Positions 26,043 to 37,542 of a stretch of 64,000 nucleotides of DNA are shown here, in pieces. Below the pieces are notes generated by a model, which was given only the letters and a program-made list of their open reading frames with translations, was not told the DNA's origin and did no database searches. The DNA comes from Camelus dromedarius (lineage: Eukaryota): NCBI RefSeq assembly GCF_036321535.1, contig NC_087438.1, positions 11,534,001-11,598,000 of the forward strand, given 5' to 3'. Made by a program: the position numbers and the translations under genes. Every line of letters begins with the position of its first letter. Position 1 is the stretch's first letter.

Positions 26043-26282
26043 CTGTGTCTTGGGGTTCTTTAGAGAAAGAAAATCCATAGGAGATACATGTATATAAGTA
26101 ATATTTATTACAGGAAGTTAGCTTACACAATTATGGAGGCCGAGACACCCCAAGATCTGCAGTTGGCAAGCTGGTGGTGTAGGTCTAGTCTGAGTCCAAA
26201 GGCCTGAGAACCAGGAGAGCCAAGTCTCTAAGTTCTAGTCCAAGGGCAGGAGAAGACCAATGTCCCAGCTCAACAATCAGGC
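26043..26282 (-). mobile_element. ERVL LTR fragment (MLT2D-like)
   Basis: GGGTTCTTTAGAGAAA...GCTTACACAATTATGGAGGCCGAGA...CAAGATCTGCAGTTGGCAAGCTGG...AAAGGCCTGAGAACCAGGAGAGCC. Confidence 0.8.
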
Positions 26283-26427
26283 TTCTTCCCTCTCATTTCT
26301 CGTTCACCCTGCTCTGGGGGTCCACCTTCTGAAGTGTTTGTAGTCAATATCTTGTTGTAGATAGAGCCTAAATTGTTTACTAACCAGTACCCCCCTATGC
26401 AGACACTTGCTAAAGTTCTTCTTCACC

Positions 26428-26833
26428 TTCATCAGTTCAGACTGGTATAACCAATACCACCCTGAGTAACATAAACAGTAAACTTATTTCTCACAGCTCT
26501 GGAGGCTGGGGGGGCCATAATCAAGGCAGCGGGCAATTCAATGTCTAGTGAGAGCCTGCTTCCTGGTTTGCAGATGGGGCCTTCCTGCTGGGTCCTCACA
26601 TGGCAGAAGGGGAGAGAGAAGGAGAGAGAGACAAGGAGAGAGAGAGAGGAGGGGAGAGAGAGCGAGCGAGAACTCTAATCTCATACAGTCTCTTCTTTTA
26701 AGAACATTCCCATCTCCTCATGGGGCTCCACCCACATGACTTCCCACAGGCCCCACCTTCTAATTCCATCACTTTGGGAGTTAACGGCTTCAACGTATGG
26801 ATTTTGAGGGGAAAGAATCATTCAGCTCATGGC
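26428..26833 (-). mobile_element. MaLR solo LTR (MLT1A-like)
   Basis: TTATTTCTCACAGCTCTGGAGGCTGG...CCTCACATGGCAGAAGGGG...GGCCCCACCTTCTAAT...GCTTCAACGTATGGATTTTGAGGGG; internal GA-rich tract at ~26608-26670. Confidence 0.82.
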
Positions 26834-29424
26834 ACCAGCCAATCTGAGTGGATATCATTCTTGATGAGAATCTTACGGGAGATGGATCTTATGGGAGGCG
26901 GGGTTCAGGGAAGCACAGCAGAGATCTCTGGGCTTAAGCGTCACCGACAGCCGGTGGAAGACTTTGGAGAGGCAGGGCCAGCTCTCAGTTCAAGGTATAA
27001 AGCCAAAGCAGAAACCAAGTTCTCTCTCTGAGTGGTGTCTGGATGTGTAACACACACATGCCCCCGGGCACAGATGGCAAACACTGGGCACAGACACTGC
27101 AGTGCCAGGAAATGGAGGCTTTTATCTTGTACCTCTTCAGCTGGCTTTCATGTCTGATTATACAAAATAATTGCACCGCAAATTTTAAGTGCACAATGAA
27201 TTCTGACTCTTGGCCTTGGTTCCTCTTGAAAATCATCAGAAATTATTCTGTAATCAATATCACATAAACTCCCAAGAGAAATAAAGGCTCTTCCGTATGG
27301 AAGAGGAGATTATTTAGCATCTCTCAAAGCCAAGACATCATCCGCTGGTTGCTTCATCGATTCTCTTCATCTCTTCTCCGTTGCCTGCTTATCTCCAATT
27401 CAAACCAGGAGAGGTGATCAGAGAAATCAGTGCTAGTGACAACTAGCAGCCCGCAATGGGATGTGTTTTCTCTGTCTCACTCTGATGCAGATGCATGGTG
27501 ATTATTAAAAGCCCTCTGTGAGGAGGTTTATTCCCGATATTATCCTGAGACCAGAACAGGCAGCTTCACTTTGAATTATCTTCTCCTCCTTCAGATGCTG
27601 AAAACAATTCCTTTAAGCTAAGGAATCTCCACTGACATCTGTCAGTTGAAAGGCCAGGCCTCCCACCTCTTCAAACACATAACGAGTGCTTCTTTTCCTT
27701 CAAAGTTGGTCAGTCAAGTTTGGCTCGTGAGAGTTAAAGTCGTTTCCCATCTCGGTAACCACATCTTTCTCAGTCTGTGGCCAGAGTGCTGAACAGCCAG
27801 AATGAGAGCCACAGAAATAACAACTGTTTGCAAAACACCTTGATGATTACGAAACGTTCTTACATCAACTATTAACAATAACCTAAGTCTTCCAAACCAA
27901 CTTTGTGTTGTGTGATCTAGCCAAAATCCCAACTCTGGGCAAACAATGTTTATTACATTATTTTTAACAGAAAAAAAAAAAATCCTAGCGTGATCTCAGT
28001 AAAATTCAGCAACTGTTCCCAAAGAAAAAAGGGGGAAAATAGCTCCAGGTACGTTTGATAGAAATCAAACTACCCAGAGTGAGGCACTGAATGTACATTA
28101 CACAATGGAGATGCTATGAAAGTCGAAAGCATTGATTTTTCCAAGGCAGAACACTGGCTCCCCTATGCTGGGAGAACACCCGATGCTCTGGTCTCCGGCT
28201 GGGAAGGATGAAGTGGAAAAGATTCGAGATCCGGTGTCGGTTGCTACTGTGGTCTGAGCAGGCACTTGTAACAAGACTGTGGGAGATGATTTAGCTCCCC
28301 TCGCAGAAAGCAAAGCCAGCCTCTCAAATTCTGTTGTGAATGACATTACAGAGCATCTCAGTCAGATTTTAGAACCAATGAAGTGCCGTGAAATGACTTC
28401 TGCCCATTATGGCACTGGGTTGGCTCATGTCCCTGAGAGATGCGTCCCACTACACCGACACTTCAGGACGCCTTGAAGAGAGAGGAGGTCAAGGACCAGT
28501 AAATCGGTGTGAGCTGAGGTTTCCCTCTTTGCATGGTTGACATCATGGGCAGTTGTCTCCTGGCCCAGGATGGTTCCCCAGCCACTGAGCTCACATGCTG
28601 GACAAGGAAGCCTGGGGTCTCATGTTCACCTCAGGTGGGTGATGGGAAGTGAAATTCTGAGGGGGCTGGCTTTGCTCTGTTTTTTTTTTTTCAGTAACTT
28701 ATAGTTTATTACGTTTGATGTATAAAGATTGGAAACAAACCAGAAAAGCAAACTGAGTTCATTGGAACCCATCAAAGTTTCTCTAAAATAATATATACAT
28801 TGTTCCACATGTCAATTCTGAAAATAATGATTTATCAATGCCTGTTATTTTATAAACAAAAATCACATTTGGCCATCATGTCAATCTTAGTGATTGGAAA
28901 TGGTGGGAGTAAACACCACGTCATTTTGACTCTACCCTTGGCCTCTGCTTTCCTCTCCAGCTGCAACTCTTGCCTCCCCTTTTCCCCTTCACACATTGCT
29001 CTGGCCACAACGAACTTCTTTTTGTTCCTCTAAAACACGGGTGCTGCCTTCCTGTCTCAGAGATTTTGCATGTTCTGTTTTCCCTCCCTTTTGATTGCTG
29101 ACCATCCACCCAAGCTGTCTTCAGAGATCAGCTTGACACATAATTTGCTACGTGAGACATTTTTCATCCCCCAGATAAAGTTATATTCTCCAGCTATGGA
29201 ATTTCATAGCACCTTGTACTTCCTTTGTCTTTATCTGGGGGATGGCAAATACTCATACAACACAGGGTTCTAGGTTCTGTTCTAAAAGCACACACACACA
29301 CACACCACACACATATATACCTATATATCCATGTAGGTGTATGTATTTATAACTATCATCTACCTGTGCATCCATCTATCACATGTTCAGTGAGAAGACT
29401 GAATGAGTATTTATATAGTAGCTA

Positions 29425-29440
29425 TAGATAGATAGATAGG

Positions 29441-29487
<47 letters not shown>
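29425..29487. repeat. (GATA)n tetranucleotide microsatellite
   Basis: About 15 units with one GGTA interruption. Confidence 0.95.
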
Positions 29488-30111
29488 GGTCTTACTCTTT
29501 TTGCTATTTCCCTCTAAGAAGAATATGAAATACCAGATAGTAAACACCCAACTGACATTTTCAGGCTGCCCTACTGCTGCTTCAGACCATCAGTCCCCTC
29601 TGTGTACATTTTCTCAGGAGCGGTACCATCAGAGGCAAAAAGAACACAAAGCGTAATTTTGTACACACACGTGGTATGATCAGCCATTTCAATTTCATCT
29701 AGTGAGGGCCATGATTGGCTTTGCCCAGGAGGGATGAGAATAAATCTATCGATAAAAGAATGATATTGAGGGTAAAAGAAACTATATACCAGCTTCCCTA
29801 TTTAGGATGACACCAACCCACCAACCACTGTAACAAATCATCTCAAAAAGGAGTCACAGTTTCCACACAGTGGAGGTTTATTTCTTGATGAGCAGTTCCA
29901 GATCATCAGGGTTTATTTTTCTCTCCACAGTTTTTCAAGGGCGCGGAAAGCTCTGATGTCTTCAACATGGAGCTTCTAAGGTTGTCATGCTTTTCTCCAC
30001 CCAGTCATAAAGAGCTTTGAGGAAACCACGTGGGCAACTATTACAGACTGTGACTGAAAACATACACCATCTACTCACATTCCATTGGCTAAAACTCAGT
30101 CACATGGAATA

Positions 30112-30460
30112 TTATGTTCCTATTGCTGCTGTAACAAATTACAACCAACTTGAAGAGTTAAAACAATATATATTTATTCTCTTAAAACTCAGGGGGTCAG
30201 AAGCCTGACATCAGTTTCACTGGGCTGAAAGCAAGGTGTTAGAAGGGCCACACTCCCTTAGAGGAGGCTCCAGGGGAAAATTGATGCCCTCGCCTTTACC
30301 AGCTTCTAGAGCTGCATCCTTTGCATTGCTTGGCTCCTGGCCACTTCCTCCATCTTCAAAGCCAGCAGTAGCATCTTGCTTCAGTGTTCACATTGCTTTC
30401 TTCTTCTCTGTCAAACCTCCCTCTTATAAGGACATTTGTGACTGCACTCAGAGTCCACAC
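30112..30460 (-). mobile_element. MaLR LTR fragment (MLT1C/D-like)
   Basis: CCTATTGCTGCTGTAACAAATTAC...CCAGCTTCTAGAG...CTTCCTCCATCTTCAAAGCCAGCA...TCTTATAAGGACATTTGTGA. Confidence 0.8.
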
Positions 30461-30612
30461 TTCTCGCCCCCAGTTCATGCACATTCAATAATCCTTTTCT
30501 TACAAAGATGAAACCACAGATTTGAGTTTGGGCTTTGGAGATAAAGAGGCCCCTTAGAGGTTCTCCATATGGTTCAGGTGGATTATAAGCATTTCTCATT
30601 GGGATTTGGAGA

Positions 30613-31054
30613 TGCCAACTGAAATAAAATGCACAACCTTAAAGTTGAGAGTTATGTTTTATTCAGCAGACTTTCTGAGGACTCAGCCCAGGACACAGCA
30701 TCTCAGATGCTAAAAGACTGCTCCAAAGTGGCAAGGTAGAAGCCAGGATATGTGAGTTTTTGCATGAAAAACCAGGTATTTGGAACATCAAAAGATTACT
30801 GTTAGTTAAAGAAAACCATATCTCTCAAGTTAAGGAATTTAGTGCTTTTCTAAGCACTATGGGAAATGCTTAGAAAGGTCTGGGCTCATTGAAATCATTC
30901 CTTTGGTATGCACCTGGCTATCTGGGGCCAGTACCTGTTCTTCCACATCCTGAGTTCCCTCTGCTCACTGTTGGGGGTGGCGGTAGCAGCTGATGACTTG
31001 ATGGCCACAGCATCCTTTGTTTACTGATATGGCTGGTGACATTTTTCATTCACA
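30613..31054 (-). mobile_element. ERV1 solo LTR (cetartiodactyl MER41-like)
   Basis: TG...CA termini flanked by a 4-bp TSD GAGA (30609-30612 and 31055-31058). Clearly paralogous to 40036-40479 (AAAGTTGA...TTTTATTC...GGAACATCAAAAGAT...CCTTTGTTTACTGAT). Confidence 0.85.
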
Positions 31055-33142
31055 GAGACAAACTTCTTGACAACTACAGTGTTATTTTACCTTCCATTTT
31101 AAAATCACTGTCCTGTGATGGGGAAGCCTTTTGGAGAAAGTGATGAATCTGAAGCTGATGTGCTCAGTATTGGATCCACTGGTGAAATGATACCTTAATT
31201 ATCTCATGGTAGCTTCCAATGGTCATGCAGGTATTCAACTTTCTATTAAGGAGCTGTTCATATGGGTGTGGGGTGCCAGAATCCACAGTTCCTTTTTTCT
31301 CCTGATTCAGATCCATTAGGGTGAATAATATTTTCTTAAAAGGGAAAAAGAACATAGACAATGTAGAAGAAAATAAAAGTCTACAAGAAGAATGATGCCT
31401 TTAAAACAGGAACAGTAGTCAGATATAGTAAGAGTCAAAGCAGAGGAAATAAGGGCACACAAAATACAATACACGCAGATGAGGATTTAAAAGCTTAATA
31501 AAAGCGAGGCAGAGCAAAAGACAAAGCACTAGCAAAAAGTGCAGGTTCTTTTCAAAAGAAGATGTCATGAACTTACGATTTGGTGGTTTTAAGAATTGCT
31601 TTATATTTTATAACATGAAATGTAGTATAAGATTTGAACTAGAGGATTTTCTATATTTCTTCCAAGTTTAAGACTCTGTGAAATCCGAAATGGCTCTGTA
31701 GTAATATAATACATTGTTTTGAACAATAATAAAGTGGTCCACCGACATTCCACTCTTCATTCTATAACTAAGTTGAAATATTTATGCTAATAGACTCATC
31801 AACGCACGTGCACACACGCATACGTAACACATACATATACTCACGCTCGTCCTTGTGCACACGTTTTCCTGAAAAATCCAGCGAATAGAGATTAAGGACA
31901 TTTGGGGAGCACAAAATGGGGACACATTGGTTAATCAGTTAGTTACTGAACACTGTCCTTGCATATGAACAGAACAGAATAAAATCATATATTGAGAAAA
32001 ACATTGATACACTGACAAGTGTACTTGAAGAAAAATTTTACAGCTGTAAGAGACAATCATTGTTACAGTGGTGTTTGGAGAAGGGAGGCATGTTTTCAAT
32101 TAGGCTAATCCCAGAGTCAAATATTTACAGTATGATGTCACCATTGACCAATGAAATGCTAACACTCCTCTGCTGGCTCTGGTCTTGTCTCTAGGGCCCT
32201 CTGTCCTGGGTGGGACCTGAGAGGTTCTTCACTCAGGAAGCAGAGCCAGAAATCAGTGGCGGTGAACAGAGCTCAAGGCCAGAGTTGAAATGAGAAAAAA
32301 CTGCATGGTTTTCAAGTATGTTTACGGAAATGGTCAGCTCTACAGTGAATCTCTACATTAGGCCAAATACTCACTTCATGAATGTATTGCCCTTGTTAAT
32401 GTGTTAGGATTTTTAATGTGCTGAACACAAGCCCTGAAATTCCCAGAGTGCTGTATACGAGTCCGAGCCTGGGGGTATATACAGCAAATGGGAAACCCAA
32501 GCCTTTTGAATGCATTTAGATATCTTTGGCAGAAAGATAAATGAGTAAGACTTTTAAACATACACAGAAACATGGAAGCAGAACCCCCAGGCTCCCTGGC
32601 ACCTGCCTGCAGGCCAGGCTGAACAAGTTCTCCTAATTTTTGCTTTAAAGCTTCTCTACAGTTGAGGCAAAATTCTCTGTTTGACCCTGACTACCGTTCT
32701 CTCTTCTTCATCCAGTAAATTTTTCATAGAGGTCAAGTGTGGAGAGTCACACTTCAGATGGATGCGAAGGTTGGCCATTGTTCTCCATTGTTCTAATTTG
32801 CTTGATCTGGCTGCCCGAGGGGCCTTACTCTGCAGGAACTTCCAAAGGTGGATGGTTCCTATAAGGAAGGTGGGGAGCTATACCTCCCATAGAATCTCTC
32901 AAATTATAGCTTTTGAAGTTGAAATAATGCTTTTTCTCCCTTGAGCATGGCACTTTGTGATATTTTATTATATTCTATTGTCTGCAAATTGCTTGGAGTT
33001 TTCTTCTATGACCACCTTCTACATTAAGACATGGATTTTAGAAAAGTCATTAGTACTATTTAAATTTAAAATAGTTTCCAAATTTTTCTTGGTGATGACA
33101 CATGTATAGGAAGTTATGACGCATGTCTATGCAGTTATGACA

Positions 33143-33373
33143 AGTAGCTCAGAAATTAAAAGCATAGACTTTGATCCCACGCATCCTGGGTTCAAATCCT
33201 GGCCCTGCCACTTGTGACCTTGGACTTAAACTCTCTCAGCACTTCAGTTTTCTCATCTATGAAAACCATTTCATGGGGCTGTTGTGAGAGTTACATAAGC
33301 TAATATTTGTAAAGTGCTTAAACAGCGTCTGGACAGTAATAAAGACCTAATAAGAGTTAGTTTTTATTATTAT
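33143..33373 (+). mobile_element. MIR SINE
   Basis: CCTGGGTTCAAATCCTGGCCCTGCCACTTGTGACCTTGG...CAGTTTTCTCATCTATGAAA...TGTAAAGTGCTTA. Confidence 0.85.
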
Positions 33374-33862
33374 GACTTTGTCTCTGTGTAAGATGAAGTG
33401 TGGCTTAATAAAAACTACTTCCTACTTTGCACCCTTTTCCTTTTCCTTAAAACAACAGCAAATAAAGAACTCAACTCCCCCAACGACAGATTGGAAACGG
33501 GAGCTCAGCCAACCTTTAGGCTGAAACATGGTAGATCTCACGGGATACAAGCCCCTTTCACAAGAGCCTGAGTCACTGTTTTGTTTGTTTGTTCACTAGG
33601 TTGTCGGAGTCAGGGTGGGAGTGGGGCACAGAAAAGAACATCGCTCTCCCCTCTATGTGGACTCCCCTCCCTGGAGAATATTGGAGCATTAGACATCAGT
33701 TACTCATCACAATCGTCATAGGAAAGTTAAGGAACAGTCCTGCACGTTTCTAAGTTCTGAAAAAGGTAAAAGGAAGGTAAGTGAAGAATTGAAGGGAGTA
33801 GGAAAGATGTACCAGACACCATAATACACACTTTACACACATTATCTGTTTACAGAGCAAAC

Positions 33863-33863
33863 C

Positions 33864-33919
<56 letters not shown>

Positions 33920-34262
33920 ATTGAAGTATAGTCAGTTTCTGGTGTACAGCACAATGTCTCAGTCATGCATATATACATATATATACATATATTCTTTTTC
34001 ATTTTCTTTTTCATTAAAGGTTATTACAAGATATTTAATATAGTTCCCTGTGCTATACAGATAAAATTGTGGGGGGTTTTTTACCTATTTTTATATATAA
34101 TGATTAACCTTTGCAAATCTCAAACTCCCCAATTTCTCCCTTCCTACTCCCTTTCCCCTGGTAACCATAAAATTGTCTGCTATGTCTGTGAGTCTGTTTC
34201 TGTTTTACAGATGAGTTCATTAGTATCCTCTTTTTTCTTTTTTTCCCTTAGTTTTTTTTTTT
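33863..34262 (-). mobile_element. Short L1 3'-UTR insertion with (TTTA)n tail
   Basis: (TTTA)n at 33863-33918, then AATTGAAGTATAGTCAG...CCTGGTAACCATAA...CTATGTCTGTGAGTCTG; near-paralog of 19300-19620. Confidence 0.9.
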
Positions 34263-34504
34263 AATTAAGTAAAGTCATGGTATGTTTTTGAAATTTTTTA
34301 ATTTGAAATAGTTAAGACAAAACAAATCTTTATTCTTCAAGAACTGATACGTGTTTTGAGGAAAGTGTCTGAGTTGAACCTCCTCATCCTTTAGCAGTGC
34401 AGAATAAACTGTAGTGAGATTAAAACAGTAGCTGATGGGTGGGTTGGGACCCACAGACCGTGAGGGAGCTGTGAAACTGTGCCCAGCAGTGAAGTTCGTT
34501 TCTC

Positions 34505-35978
34505 CCCAGCTTTATTGAGATATAATTGACATTTAGCATCATGTAAGCTGAAAGCATACAATGGGATGATTTCATAGAAGTATATATTGTGAAGTGATTA
34601 CCACCATAAGGTTAGTTAACACATCCTTCAGCTCACATAATTACCATTTTTGTTGTTGTTGTGGTGGGTTGTGGTGGTGAGAACATTTAGGATCTACTCT
34701 GTTAGCAACGTCCAAGTGTACAACATGGTCTTGTTAACTGTGGCTGCCATCCTGTACATAAGATCCCCAGAGCGTCTTCATCTTTGCTGGAAGTTTGTAT
34801 CCTTGTCCAACATTTCATCATTTTTTCACTCCCCAGCCCAGCCCCTGGAAACCCCTATTTCTACTCTTTGTTTCTATGAGTTCGACTATACATACAGATC
34901 ACATCTTGTTTTTCCATTCATCCATTGGTAGACATAGGTTGTTTCCATGTCTGGACTAATGTGAATAATGCTGCAATGAACATGAAAGTAAAGTTATCTC
35001 TTCAAGATAGTAATTTCCTTTGAAAGTATATCTTCCTTGGATATATACACACAAATGTAGTAGTTCTATTTTTAATTTTTTGAGGAAACTCCATATCATT
35101 TTCCATAGTGGCTGCACCAATTTACATTCCCACAAACAGTGTACAAGGCTTCTCTTTTCTCCACATCCTCACTAGCACTTGTTATCCCTTGTCTTTTTGA
35201 TAATAGCCATTCTAGCAGGTGTGAGGTGGTATCTCATTGTGGGTTTGATTTGCATTAGATGATTAATGATGTTGATCACCTTTTCATGTAGCTGTTGGCC
35301 ACTTGTATGTCTTCTTTGGGGAAATATCTATTTAGGTTCTTTGCCCAATGTTTTAATTGGATTAATTGTGGGTTTTTTCCTATTGAGTTGTAATAAGTTC
35401 CTTACCTATTTTGGATATTAACCCCTTATTAGATATGGGATTGCAAATATTTTCTTCTATTCTGTAGGTTGCTTTTCATTTTGCTGATGATTTCTTTTTA
35501 TGTGGGGAGCTTTTAAATTTGATTTTGTCTCACTTGTTTATTTTTGCTTTCATTGCTTGTGGTGTTGGTGTCATTGCCAAGACCAATGTCAAGGAGTTTT
35601 CTTCCTATACTGTCTCCTAGTGTTTTTAATGGTTTCAGGTCTTACATTTAATTCTTTAACCCATTTTGAGTTAATTTTCATGAGTGGTGTAAGATAGGAG
35701 TCCAATTTCATTCTTTCACATGTGAATGTTCAGTTTTCCCAGTACCATTTATTGAAGAGACCATCCTTTTCTCATTGAGTATTCTTAGCTCCCTTGTCAA
35801 ATATTAGTTGACTCTGTATGCAGAGGTTTATTTCTGGGCTCTTGATTCAGTCTCGTTGTCCTGTGTGTCTGTTTTTATGCAAGTGTCAATAAAGATATAT
35901 GACTATACCTTTGTAATATAGTTTGAAATCTGTAAGCTTGATGCTCCCAGCATTGTTCCTTCTCAAGACTGCTTTTGA
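34505..35978 (-). mobile_element. 5'-truncated L1 (L1MA9-like)
   Basis: CAGCTTTATTGAGATATAATTGAC...GAGAACATTTAGGATCTACTCT...TTCCATAGTGGCTGCACCAATTTACATTCCCAC...CAGTTTTCCCAGTACCATTTATTGAAGAGAC. Confidence 0.92.
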
Positions 35979-37138
35979 GTTGCAAAGTCTCTAACACCTG
36001 GACATTTGGATTCCAATGCTTCTGGTGGCAGTTGGCCCTCAATAGGGAAATGCAGATCCACTCACCCTTCCTATTCCCAGAAACAGGGATATCAAGTGGA
36101 CTCAGCCTCTAATTCCCAACTGCTGGTCCCAGCATGGCCATTTTCTCCCCAGCTTCCTCAGGGACGGGACAGACAGTTAAGTGCTCATTTCCAGTCCAGA
36201 GGCAGATAAGGGAAGACAGAGCTCCTTGGAGGCATCCCCAGTACTCACCCCACCCCACACCTGCCCACTCCATCCTCATCCTCACCACCAGGGCTCATGG
36301 GCCCCCTCAATCTGGGGTGTCTTCCACCTCTCTCCAGAGTATTATCTGAGGGGAGGTGAGTAGGTTGAGAAATTTATTGAATTAATGAGATGTTTTGACA
36401 TTTTGCAATTCCCTGAGACACTATTTACTTTTTGAATGAAGAAATATACTTTCGTAGTATATCCTAGCCTCATATTAGAAGCTCTCAGGAGTCTTTTTTT
36501 ACAAAGTTTAGTAAATATATCTTTACTTTTCTTTTTTTATCGAGGGGCATACAGAATACAATTTTAATAATATTAATTATGCATGTTCATCTATAAACAT
36601 ATATCCCATAAAATTATCTTTTTGTACTTTTTATGTCTCCTACTATATTAAGAGAATATCTTAGTACATAAACCACACCCAAATAGAGAGGAAAACAAGA
36701 CTTTGAGTAGTGCCAGTCACATAATTTGCCCATTGGGAAGCAGCCAAGGCACGGACTAAGGTCATAGTCATGGGGTGGAGCCAGAGGACTTGACGACGGA
36801 GGACACTTTGCTTTTCCTATGGCCAAATGTGTACATGAATCTCATCCTCCCTCCATACATTTATATCCAACTCTTCACTCTGTGAAGAAAATAGGCATTT
36901 TATAGAATAAAAATTTGTGCCTGCTTAGGGTAAGGGAGAAGACTAGATTCAAAGAGCCACTGCAAGCTGCATAGAAAAATAGCAAGCAAATAAGACACTT
37001 CATAAACATTAATTGCTATTATTATCATGGCTGTCATTGTAAGGGATAACCACCCTCCTCTCCTGAGCAATAAGCCTCAGTTTCCCGGCCTAGACCTAAT
37101 GGGGAAAAGGCAGCATCATCTAAAGGGGAAATGCATGC

Positions 37139-37542
37139 AAGTGATGTCATATGATACTTGTCTTTCTCTATCTGACTTACTTCACTCAATATGTGGAATC
37201 TATAATAATTATTTTAATGATACAAATTCTATTTACAAACCAAAAGCAGACTCATGGACATAGAAAGCAAACTATGTTTACCAAAGGGGAAAGGGTTGGG
37301 GAGGGATAAATTAGGGGGTGGGAATTAACAGACACACATGACTATATATAAAATAGATAAACAACAAGGACCTACTGTATAGCACAGGGAACTCTATTTA
37401 ATCCCTTATAATAACATATAATGGAAAAGAATCTGAAAAGAAAATATATACATGTATGTATATGTATAACTGAGTCACTTTGCTGTACACCTGAAACTCA
37501 CACTGCAAATCAACTACACTTTAATAAACATTTTTTTTAAAA
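37139..37542 (+). mobile_element. Short L1 3' end with 5' inversion
   Basis: Sense 3' UTR at ~37191-37542 (ATAAAATAGATAAACAACAAGGACCTACTGTATAGCACAGGGAAC), preceded by an antisense piece at ~37139-37187; near-perfect 12-bp TSD. Confidence 0.88.
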
